Source: Squalus acanthias
Lineage: Eukaryota
DNA: 64,000 nucleotides
Assembly (NCBI GenBank): GCA_030390025.1
Contig: CM059431.1
Location: 107,634,001 to 107,698,000 of the forward strand
Direction: 5' to 3'
Every line of letters starts with the position of its first letter. Position 1 is the first letter of the stretch. A model generated the notes under the pieces. That model was not told the origin of the DNA, made no database searches, and saw only the letters and a program-made list of their open reading frames with translations. A program made the position numbers and the translations under genes. Below are positions 37,176 through 47,780 of this stretch, in pieces.

Positions 37176-39288
37176 ATGGGGGCTGATTGTCATCCTGGGC
37201 ACTATGCCTTTGGAACTTTGATGGGCTGGCTCTTCAATCCACCCTATCCCTTCGCCCTTGACCCTTGCCAATTTACCAGGGTCAGGGTCATTTGAATAGT
37301 TGGGTAGGTTTCATGGCAGTATTCCCGCCTGCCTTGGTGAGGCCAGTTTGGGGAAGGGAGGGAAATTATTGTTGTCAGCCTCAGGAGCCTATAGCAGCAT
37401 AGCTTGTCTGTCATCCATGGTTCAGTTGGTAGCAGTCTTGCCTCTGAAACATGGGCACAAAAATCTAGGCCGATACTCCAGCGCAGTATTGAGGGAGTGC
37501 TACATTGTTGGAGGTGCCGTCTTTCAGATGAGACATTAAACCGAGGTCTCATCTGCTCTTGAAGGGATAATTACAAGTCCTAGCCCTTTTCGGGCTACCC
37601 CAGATCAGGCGTATTCCCCAGACGTTCACCTTCAACTAAAGTTAGCGGTAGCCGAATCCTAGAGACACTTAATTGGGTCGAAAGGTTCAGACTATCTGTC
37701 GCTAAAGGAAAGAAACGGCCTGAAGTTGTTACCATCCTCCGGATAGCACTTTTAACAAGTTTAACTAGACTGTAACCTTCCGGAGATTATGAGGGTCCGG
37801 AAAACCCCCCAGAATTCTGCAACTCCTTACAAAAGAGTGCACAGTAATTGAGTTCGCGAGAGTGTAACAGAAATACTATTTGAGACTATTCTAAAAATAT
37901 ATAGATTTATTAAAGAACCAACATTTAGTTAACAGCTGGTATGGCAATCGCAACTTTAACCATTCAAAATACAAATAGCTTACATTTCTTATCAGAGATC
38001 CTTATTCTCAAATCTTAACTTCGTTACATTTCCACACTTCTACTTATTTCTTAATCCAGAATATCCACCAAAATCAAATACCTTGATTACCTGAGACTCA
38101 GAGTTGTAGGCCTACAGAATGGTTCTGAAGGCGAGAATTGCTCAGCCCCTTCCCAGTGACTTCTGTTTTCTCATTTGAAAAGCTCTTATTTTTATATTCT
38201 TTTTTAGTGGTATATTCTTTGAAGTTTTCTTTGATGTAAGCTAATTGTCTCTAGTGATACTCCATTGAATTCCTTTCTATTCTTACTGTCATTTCAGCTG
38301 CCAACTTTTAGAATTCTGTCTCTACTTTAGGTGTTTCAAAAGCTATCATAAAATGGTTATTAGAGATTTATCTTTTGATGCTATTCTTAGCAAGTCTTTC
38401 TATTGAATTCTTAATATCACTTAACTGCTTGTAAGCCAGAAGTTGTGACTCCGTGGTGTTCCAAGTTCAATACAAACACAATGTAATTGCTTGGTGTCAT
38501 CTATTGATATTATATCTTCAATGCCTCTCTGTAGGTATCTTTTACAATTTGTAAATTGAAAACACTTCTCTTTGGGTGTTTACTTGTTTTCTTGCTATCT
38601 CAATTGGTTGCATATTTAATCGTGTTTCCTGTCTTATTTGATGTTACTTTATGAAGGCATATGGTTGTTTAATGTTCTAAGTTTCTGTTTCCCTGAGTGT
38701 TAGCTTATAACACTTTACTTGGGTCATTCCATTGTGTTTCTCCCAAACTCCAGACCTTCTGGAAGCGCCAATGGTTTGCTTCAATAGGGGCATTGTTTTT
38801 GTGTTTACAACCATCTCCCACTTCAAAGCATGTGGTGTTTTACAGCTTTTGTCAACACTTCACCTTATCTCAGAAGCCTGTATTGTGTTTGCAGCATGTG
38901 TCGCCAAGGCTTTCCAGACTTTTAAACTCATTGGGGGAAAAATTAGGTCGCACCCCGTTTGGGGCGCAAATATCGTCTGGACGCAAATATTAGCGCCTGG
39001 CGCTAATTATCGCCACTGACTGGAAACTTCACTTTTACCGCCCGGGAGGTGAGTGGAGCGCTAAATCAGGCACTGCACACCTGTCTTAGGCGCAAAGGCC
39101 GAGCAGTGAGGCGCTAACTCAGCACGCGAGCGCAGCGCAGGTGCTGCCAGTTAGCGAGGGAACACAGACACACTGGCGCCGGCCAGTTCTTAAAGCGGGG
39201 GGGACCAACTTGCTCCCCAGCCACACCCTGCTCATTGCAGCCTTGAATCTCGGCCTGGAGAGACCTGTAATCCATTTTGCTGCCAAGG

Positions 39289-41270
39289 ATGGAGAGGGTG
39301 AGAGAACGAGCTCATCGCTTCACCGAGCGGGCCTTGGATGCTCTGGTTGGCGCGGTGGAGCGCAGAAGATGTATACTCTTCCCTGAGAGTGGCAGGAGGC
39401 CTTTGCCACGCGAGTACAGAAGAGTGTGGAGGGAGGTGGCTCAGAGCGTCTCCTCCAGGAGCATGGTGCCCAGGACCCATGTTCAATGCCGCAAAAAGTT
39501 CAACGACCTCACTCGGGTCGTCAGGGTGAGTGGCTTTTTCTCAATACCTCTCCATCCCTCCATCTCAACCTCACTCTATGTCCAGAGGGTCTTAAAACCC
39601 CAATGCACAACACTCATCCAACACCTATGGCCCTTTCATGAAACACACACACACATTCCACACTTTGCATACAGTAAGGGCTATTCACCTATGGGAGGCA
39701 CATCAGGCAAGACCATGGCTGTATAGAGTAAGGGCTATTCACCTATGGGAGGCACATCAGGCAAGACCATGGCTGTATACAGTAAGGGCTATTCACCTAT
39801 GGAAGGCACATCAGGCAAGACCATGGCTGTATACAGTAAGGGCTATTCACCTATGGGAGGCACATCAGGCAAGACCATGGCTGCATACAGTAAGGGCTAT
39901 TCACCTATGGGAGGCACATCAGGCAAGACCATGGCTGTATATTTACTCAGATGCTGTCCTTTTTCTTGCAGGCCAAGCTGGCGTATAATCGGAGACATCA
40001 GCAACGGACAGGTGGAGGGCGGCCTCAGCTGCAACCCCTCAGCGATCTTGAGGAGCGCGTCCACAGGATTGTGGCAAGCCGGGTGATCGGTCCCGTCACC
40101 ACTGGAGACGCCGACCCCGTTCTGGACAGCAATGGTAAGGTCATCACCTTTTTGTCCTCTGTCCTTCCACTTGTCCCTCACAACACCAGCCTTTGACACT
40201 TTCAATCCAACTTGCTAACTTGCTGCACTTATTCCTCCCTTACTGCCACCCTGTCCTCACGCTAAAGCCAATCTTGTACCTCCCTGCTTTCAGATGGTGA
40301 TTCACCAGCTGAGGAGACGGGCCCTGAAGCTGCCAGTGGGAGTGAAGCTGCAGCCGAGGAGGAAGAGGAAGCCGGAGCATCAGTGCCACCCTCTCCCGAG
40401 GAAGCCCATGCCCACACTGGGAACACGCCTTCCCTGGAGGGGAGCAGGGGGGAAGGGTCTGATGAGGGTGAAGCTCCAGGACCCAGCGGGCTGCAGCAAT
40501 GCCATGGGGGTAGGGAAGAACGGGGGCCTTCTCCACAGAGGGAGAGTAGGCCAGAGACTCCTACTGCAATGGACGGAGAGGAGGAGCGGCTGATATCAGA
40601 AATGAACACCCAGGCGGTGGGCATGCACACTGAGCTCATGGGTGCAGTGGGAAGGGTGCCCGAATGCATTGAGTCACTGGCAAGGAGTGTGGAGCACTTC
40701 GCTGTAGCACAGGCGGATGCCACACTAACGCTTAGTGCTGCAATTCAGTCACTGACTGCCGTGATCCCATCTCTGACTGCTCTCATGCAGACTCAGATTG
40801 AGGCCACGCGAGCACTGACTGCTGCCAACCTCGATGGTTCGTTCACATGTCCCCGGGGCTCTCACCGTGCCGCAGCAGGCCAGCAATCTGTGCTCCAGCA
40901 GATTGCTCCGGATGCTGAAGTGCTGCCCCGTGGGAGTGCCAGTGTGTCGGGCGAGCAGAGAGTTGCTGTCCTCTCTCACGATGACAGCATTCCTGCTGCC
41001 AACACTGTCACTTCTCCACTGCACTTGCCACCGCCTGTAGGACAGACTGCTGCCGCCCATGCAGAGTTGGTGCAGTCTGCAGCCGGGCCCTCCAGGCCCA
41101 GAACTGGTCGAGGCCGTCCTTCAGGGGCATCTGCAGTGTCAGGGTCTGACGATCAGCAGCCTTCCACCAGCCTTGCTGCAGCCACTGAGGTCCCATTACG
41201 GAGGAGCAGTAGGGTTAGAAGGGGGGAAGTGCGCAAGGGAAGGAGATCACCCTCGAAGGGCAAAAAGTAG
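39289..41270 (+). CDS. Harbinger Myb/SANT-like (trihelix) DNA-binding protein; exons 39289-39525, 39972-40134, 40294-41270; 458 aa
   Basis: Exon 1 RAHRFTERALDALVGAVERRRCILF...W.EVA..VS......RT..QCRKKFNDL is a Myb/SANT-like fold; donors GTGAGT (39526) and GTAAGG (40135); acceptors TTGCAG (39971) and TTTCAG (40293); phases 0 and 1 join in frame (1377 nt); exon 2 has RTGGG; basic NLS-like C-terminus. Confidence 0.85.
39668..39941. repeat. Minisatellite, 5 x 54 bp, in intron 1 of the Myb/SANT gene
   Basis: Unit ACAGTAAGGGCTATTCACCTATGGGAGGCACATCAGGCAAGACCATGGCTGTAT starts at 39671, 39725, 39779, 39833 and 39887. Confidence 0.92.
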
Positions 41271-41546
41271 GAGGTGTGACAAAATGCTGGTCATTTTTTT
41301 ATTAAATGCCGAGGTTCGTGGTCCAACTTTTGTCTAGTGTTTTGGACATTATCTCCAGGTTGTGAGAACCAGTTATGTTAATGACTGTTTTTTTGTGTTT
41401 ATTTCTATGAGTTTGTCATGAGGAAATGACACACACAGAGTTTGTAAAATAAATAAGTTTTTGTATTCAAAATATACATGTTTGGTGTTTGGAATCATTG
41501 GTGCCTTGGCCGGCTTAGGGGTTGCATGCTGGGTTCATTGATGTTG

Positions 41547-42743
41547 TTAGCAATGGCAGAAGCCATTTCCACAGCAGGGGTCCGAGAAGCGGCATGCTAT
41601 CAGCCGTTGACGGACGGCCCTTGCAGTTTCACCATTGTGGGCCGCCCTCCCGCCTTGGTGCTGCTGATGATCATCCTCCTCGTCCTCTTCCTCCTCTTCC
41701 TCCTCCTCCTCTGGTGGTGCTCCAAGGCCTGGTGGCATTGGCTGGGTCCTGACGATTGCCATGTTATGCAACATGCAGCACACAACTACGAAGTTGGATA
41801 CTCGCTCAGGCGAGTACTGCAGGGCTCCTCCAGAATGGTCGAGACAGCAGAACCGTTGCTTCAGCACGCCGATTGTGCACTCAATGATGTTCCTGGTAGC
41901 TTGATGGCTCTCATTGTACCGCAGCTCAGCAGGGGTGTTGGGCGTACGGAGCGGTGTCATCAGCCAGGTGCTCAATGGATACCCCTTGTCCCCGAGAAGC
42001 CAACCAACTGGCTGATGCGGTGCCTCGAAAAGTTCTGCCACAGTAGTCTGGCGCAGGATAAAAGCATCGTGGCAGCTGCCAGGATAGTGGGCATTGACAG
42101 CGAGTATCAGCTGTCTGTGGTCACAGTCCAACTGAACATTCAAAGAATGGAACCCCTTTCTGTTCCGGAATTCCTCAGCATTCTCATGTGGAGCACGCAA
42201 AGCCACATGCGTGCAGTCAATGGCGCCCTGCACCATGGGGAAGCCCGCTATCCTCGCAAAGCCCAGAGCGCGGTCACGCTGCTTGTCTGGGGTCATGGGG
42301 AAAGAGATGAACTCTCGTCTCCTTTTAAAGAGGGCATTTGTGACCTGCCGGATGCAGCAATGCACCGCGAACTGGGAGATATTGGCGAGGTCCCCAGCAG
42401 CAGCTTGAAATGAGCCAGTAGCATAGAAGTTGAGAGCCACTGTGACCTTCACTGCCACCGACAGAGACATCCTGGACCTCAGTTGAGGCTGCAGATCTGG
42501 CTGCAGCAGGTGACAGAGCTCAGTGACCACCTCCTTGCTGAATCGCAGCCTTCGCAAACACAGCTCCTCAGACATATGAATGTAGGAGAGCTGTTCACGA
42601 TATACCCTGGGAGGGTAAGCTCTCCTGTACATACGCCTGTTGGCCCTCCTCCGTCTGGCCATCATTGCCACTCTCTCTCTGCGTCTCTGTGTCCTCCGAT
42701 TCAGCTGGAGCAGGACGACGCCCCCAATCAGTGCAGCCCCCAT
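41547..42743 (-). CDS. Harbinger DDE transposase (HARBI1-like, DDE_Tnp_4 family), 398 aa from the first ATG
   Basis: Open, intronless; HTH region (VALNFYATGSFQ...ISQ), GAIDCTH, NRKGFHSLNVQ, YPGSCHD, LLGDKGYPL, YNESH..TRNIIE, CCMLHN; catalytic D-D-E present. Confidence 0.93.
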   Translation of the reverse strand: MGAALIGGVVLLQLNRRTQRRRERVAMMARRRRANRRMYRRAYPPRVYREQLSYIHMSEELCLRRLRFSKEVVTELCHLLQPDLQPQLRSRMSLSVAVKVTVALNFYATGSFQAAAGDLANISQFAVHCCIRQVTNALFKRRREFISFPMTPDKQRDRALGFARIAGFPMVQGAIDCTHVALRAPHENAEEFRNRKGFHSLNVQLDCDHRQLILAVNAHYPGSCHDAFILRQTTVAELFEAPHQPVGWLLGDKGYPLSTWLMTPLRTPNTPAELRYNESHQATRNIIECTIGVLKQRFCCLDHSGGALQYSPERVSNFVVVCCMLHNMAIVRTQPMPPGLGAPPEEEEEEEEEDEEDDHQQHQGGRAAHNGETARAVRQRLIACRFSDPCCGNGFCHC

Positions 42744-44594
42744 AGTCTCTTTGCAAGGAAAGTTATGAAGGACAGCAACCAAAGTACTAGCGAAGTTAGG
42801 ATCAGTAGGCAAAACTACCTCACACAGCGTTGACTCAATGCAGAAGTCTCTCTTTCTCTCTCTCCGAATCTCTCTCTCTCTCTCAGAACGAGTGGTGCAA
42901 AAATGTCAACCACAGAAAAAGACAGGAAGAGGCCCCCTTTAAATAGCGCCCCCCCCCCCCAGCCCCACAGCGATTGATAGCGTTCCAGTCTTCCGGTCGT
43001 TGGATGCGCCAGGCGGTAAGGCAGGGGGCGCCACTCAATTTCCGCTCCGGGGCGCCACAGGGGCGTTGCACCATGGAATGACGTCACAATCTGCGCGCAC
43101 AGGTGGTCGCAGCAGTAAGGTTTAGAGTCGCCGCACAATGTCTAGTTAAGTTCCCGAGCAGCGCAAACATCGCTGCGCCCGGGCACTAGCGGCTTTGCGC
43201 CCCATTAGCACCCTCTTAAGGCGCTAACGGGAGGCGCAACCAACTGAATTTTTACCCCAGTATGTCTTGTATTAATAATATCAAAATCTGTTCATAGGAT
43301 GATGTATTTCTTGGAATATGGCTATTTCCTTCACACGCTCTCAAGTGGATGTAAAAGATCCCATGGCACTATTTCAAAGAAGAGCAGGGGAGTTCTCCCC
43401 AGTGTCCTGGCCAATATTTATCCCTCAATTAACATCACTGAAACAGATTATCCGGTCATTATCACATTGCTCTTTGTGGGAGCTTGCTGTGCGCAAATTG
43501 GCTGTCACGTTTCCTACATTACAACAGTGACTCCACTTCAAAAAAAGTACTTCATTGGCTGTAAAGCACTTTGGGACATCCTGATGCCGTGAAAGGCGCT
43601 ATAGAAATGTAAATCTTTCTTTCTTTTAAAAAAAATGTGACATTGGTATTACAATCAATTACACTCCATTGGGCCCTTTACAATTTAAACCCCACTTTCC
43701 ATGCCATAGAAATGCGGAATGCCAGGATGACGTGGCATTCAGCGTTGCTATAGATCCAGTGATGAAAAATTCATCGTTGGACTATTGCAGTCATTTTTAC
43801 CTCATTATAATCAACGCATTAAAAAAAAATAATCTTCACACAGTTAAGTTGGTGGCAATGTTGAAGTGTGGATTTTCCCTGTAGCTGATTGACATGCATA
43901 CTGTTTTCTTCATGGACTGAGTCCATTTTATATCGGCACAGAGTCCAGTAGTAGAGTAATGGTGAAGTAACGTATACTACCCGTGTGACGACTAAACGGT
44001 GCAAACAACATTTTGTGACTTAACAGTAATGATAGAAAATATAGAAATTAGCCAATCAGTAATTTCTAACAGCAATAGTTTGATCGACACTACCCCTTAG
44101 GCACCATTTTTTAATTTTTTAAATCAACATATATAATCTTAAAATTAAACAAATGAGTGAATTCAATAATTTTTTATTGATGAAGATGGTCAAATGTTGA
44201 AAATCTCTTTTTTGGAAGAAAATATATGAACCCAAGTGCCATTCCTTTCCTTTAAGCCGTGGCATAGTGTATGGAAACACTGTTTTCACTTGGCTGTGAA
44301 TCCTGAACAGACAGAGAGGATGAATGGGATGTTAAGGCACCTAATGGCTTAAGCAGCCTCAATCTTGATGGCCATGACTCCATACCCATACAATGCCCAT
44401 AATTCTGTGTTGAATGATATTATTTAAGCATCCTCACTCAATCAGTGACAAGGAAGTAGACACAACACACTGAAGAATTTAGTAGTACTCCGTTGCCTGC
44501 AAAGCGCTTTGGGACGTCCTGAGGTCGAGAAAGGTGCTATATAAATGCAAGTTCTTTCTTTCTAGTGTGGCAGCAGGTAAGTTAATGACTTTAT

Positions 44595-45355
44595 GGCCTG
44601 GATTTTGTCTTGGGGTCGGGTTGGGGTCGTGTAATCCGCATTTTGTGTTTCCCCCCCGACTCCAGATTAATGTGGATGAATGATGCAATGTTCACTTAAT
44701 TGGGCAATTGAGTTCCAGCATGTGGGAACCCATGAACCAATTAGTGGTTTCAGTCTGAAAGTCGCCTCTGATGATGTCATCATTGCTGCTGCCTGGTCTC
44801 AGAGACTGTTGGTGAGAGAGGACCTGCCTGGCTTGCTTTTGATGTGAGTGGACCTGGATGCAAAATATGGGCGAGGGGGGTGGGGGGGGGAGAGGAGAGA
44901 GAGAGAGAGAATTTTTTTTGCATCCAAGTCCTCTCACGGCAAAGGCCAGGCAGTCTCTGAACACATTCAATGCAGCAGCGGCGACTTTCAGACCTAATAC
45001 TACTACTACCTTCATCACATCTCCGTTGTAATAGTGGACCTGCAGCTGATAGTCAGCTATCCACTTGTGCTCCCGCCAGGTTTCACTGGAGTGTTTCACA
45101 CCAGGCGTACTTCACGTCAGAAAAGGGTTAAACTAGCTAAAACGTTTCAAAATGGCATTACAGAGCCAGTTAAGGGCTTTAATGGCCTCTCCCGCCTCTT
45201 GGAGGCGGGACGGAGTCGGGAACCCCGTGACTGATTTTGTCAAAATTGCGTGGAGGCGGGATGGAGTCAGGATGGGGTCGGAAACCCCGACCCCGCAAAT
45301 TTAACCCCCCACACGCCTCCAAACCCGACTCCATGGGTCATTCAAAATCCAGCCC
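44595..45355. mobile_element. Harbinger-like MITE (GGGCTGGATTTT family), present only in duplication copy A
   Basis: tat|GGCCTGGATTTT...AAAATCCAGCCC|taa; empty site GACTT-TAT-ATCTCTGGG near 55944. Confidence 0.85.
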
Positions 45356-45569
45356 TAAATCTCTGGGATGTCAATTCAAATGGAGTCCAGAATGATGGGT
45401 TAAAAATTTCCTCAGCATGGCTGTGAAGATTTGTGGCACCCAATTTTCCATCTATTTAAATGAATGATTTACTCCTAAATTGGCAATGCTACTCGGAATA
45501 GTTTAGGAAATAGAAACAATGTCACACTGGGTCAAGAGCGAAGTTCCACATCTGATATTAGCAGGGGTC

Positions 45570-47780
45570 CATCTCACCCCTCCAAGTGCTGACCCTGTGG
45601 TTACTGGCAGTGGATCAGCCATCACCGACCCTCTCCGCATCTCCCTCCAGAATGTCCGTTCACTTGCGAACAAGGCCCTTGCCATCCATGAGCTTATCGT
45701 GGATGATTGGATCGACATCATGGCCATGATGGAAACTTGGCTGAGGGGTGATGACATCTTACCCTTAAATGAAGCCTTCTCGCCTACTACTTGCCCCGCC
45801 CAGACCGCCGTGGTGGCGGTGTGGCTCTCATCACCAAATCACACCTTAGTCTATTCCCCTACTCCTCTGGCACATTCTCCTCCTTTGCGTATCTCACCTT
45901 GTTACACCCCTTTCACCTCTCTTTTAAAATTTTCGTTCTCTACCTCCCACCCAAGTACGATAAAAATGTTATCACCGAGATATCTTCACTGCATTCCTCC
46001 CTCAGCCTCTGCACCGAGTGACTTCTCATCCTCGGTGATTTCAACCTCCATCTCAATTCATCATGCTCTCTCTCCTTTGAGTTCACTACCCTCCTATCCT
46101 TCCTTAATCTCTCTCTCCATGTGGACTCCCCAACCCATATTCATGGCCACCCCCTTGACCTTGCCATCTCTCGTGGCCTCGCTACTCCCAACATGTCAAT
46201 CGCAGATAAGGCCATCTCTGACCACTTCCTTGAATCGCGCTCCACCCACAAACCTCTTCCCCCACCCAACCCTACTTCTTTGTGTGTCTGCCCCTGGAAA
46301 AAACTCTCTCCCAACTCTCTTACAACCGCACTTGCAAAATCCCAACTGTCCAGCCTTTGGCCCTCCATTCACCATAACATTTCTGCAGCTTCCGATCTGC
46401 TCAACCACACCCTCTCCACCACCTTTGATGCCCTAGTCCCTATTAAAACGATTACTCTCTCTCACCCTGACTGTTCCCCCAGTACGGCCCTCATCTTCAT
46501 CCCCTTAAGTCCAAGGGACGCAGACTTGAACGGATATGATGGACAACTGGTTTAGCCATTCACCGCCAAATCTGGCTGGACCACATAAAGCATTATCGGG
46601 GCCTACTCTTGTCTGCCAAAATTGCTCACTATTCCAGGATCATTCTGGAATGCAAATCTAACCCCCGGCCTCTATTCTCTACTGCTAACCATCTTGTTAA
46701 ACCCCTCTCCCCTGTCTCCTCCACACTCACCTCCAAAAACTAGTGCGAAGAGTTCATGGACTTCTTTGTCTCTAAGATTGAGACCATCCGTTCAGCTGCC
46801 TCTGCCACTTCCCTTCCTTCCCCTAGCCCACCGGGCCAAAATTCCTCTAAGGCTCCCCCCTGCCCTAGCCCTGAATTCACATCAATCTCCAGTTTCTCTC
46901 TGATCTCCCCTGTTCATCTCTCCATGCTCATCTTGTCCATGAGACCCACTTCCTGCTCCCTCGATCCTATTCCTGCTAAACTGCTGACCACCCAACTTCC
47001 TTTTCTGGCTCCCATGTTAGCTGACATTGTTAACGGTTCTCTCACCTCAGGTACTGTCCTCTCCTTCAAATCTGCTGTCATCACCCCTCTCCTCAAAAAA
47101 ACAACCCTTAACCCCACCGTCCTTGCAAACTACCGCCCCACCTCCAACCTCCATTTCCTCTCCAAATCCTTGAATGTGTTGTAGCCTCCCAAATCTGTGC
47201 CCATCTTTACCGGAACTCCATGTTTGAATCCCTCCAATCCGGTTTCCGCCCTTGCCACAGTACTGAAACAGCTCTCATCAAAGTCACAAATGATATCTTT
47301 TGTGACTGTGACAAAGGTAAACTATCCCTCCTTGTCCTTCTTGACCTGTCTGCTGCCTTTGACATGGTTGACTACTCCATCCTCCTCCAACCCCTCTCCA
47401 CCATCGTCCAGCTGGGTGGGACTGCATTCGCCAGGTTCCATTCTTATCTATCTAATCGTAGCCAGAAAATCACCTGCAATGGCTTCTCTTCCCACTCCCG
47501 CATCATTACCTCTGGCATCTCCCAAGGATCTATCTTTGGCCTCCCTTCTATTTCTCATTGACATGCTGCCCCTTGGTGACATCATCTGAAAACACAGCGT
47601 CAGTTTCCACATGTACGCTGACGATACCCAGCTCTACCTCACTACCACTTCTCTCGACCCCTCCATGGTCTTCAAATTGTCAGACTGCTTGTCTGACATC
47701 CAGTACTGGATGAGCAGAAATTTTCTCCAATTAAATATTGGAAAGACTGAAGCCATTGTCTTCGGTCCCCGCCACAAACT
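45570..47780 (+). mobile_element. L2-clade LINE ORF2 (APE endonuclease + RT), decayed, 3' end cut by another element
   Basis: SLQNVRSL, ETWL, RRGGGVAL, PTHIHGHPLDL, ISDH; QSGFRPCHSTETAL, LLDLSAAFD, YADD; frameshifted. Confidence 0.88.

Larger units (their letters stand above)
38933..43258. mobile_element. Full-length autonomous-type PIF/Harbinger DNA transposon
   Basis: TIR GGGGGAAAAATT / AATTTTTACCCC; 3-bp TSD-like flanks att/agt (empty site agc at 54602-54604); two convergent genes, transposase and Myb/SANT. Confidence 0.95.
37560..43335 (-). mobile_element. Long solo LTR (~1.45 kb) carrying the Harbinger insertion; inserted in a SINE
   Basis: TGAAGG...CCTTCACA; splits a plus-strand SINE (37375-37559 / 43336-43625); the uninterrupted paralog 53216-54678 has a 4-bp TSD CTCT. 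Confidence 0.75.

Noticed and set aside
39638..40086. ORFs with 18-aa repeats; superficially array-like
   Set aside because: Translation of the intronic 54-bp minisatellite; there are no spacers, so it is not a CRISPR array.
41478..42413. 311-aa plus-strand ORF
   Set aside because: Antisense shadow of the transposase ORF with no recognisable domain.
45519..46436. 305-aa ORF
   Set aside because: Frameshifted L2 endonuclease; most of the ORF is an off-frame Pro/Ser-rich reading.
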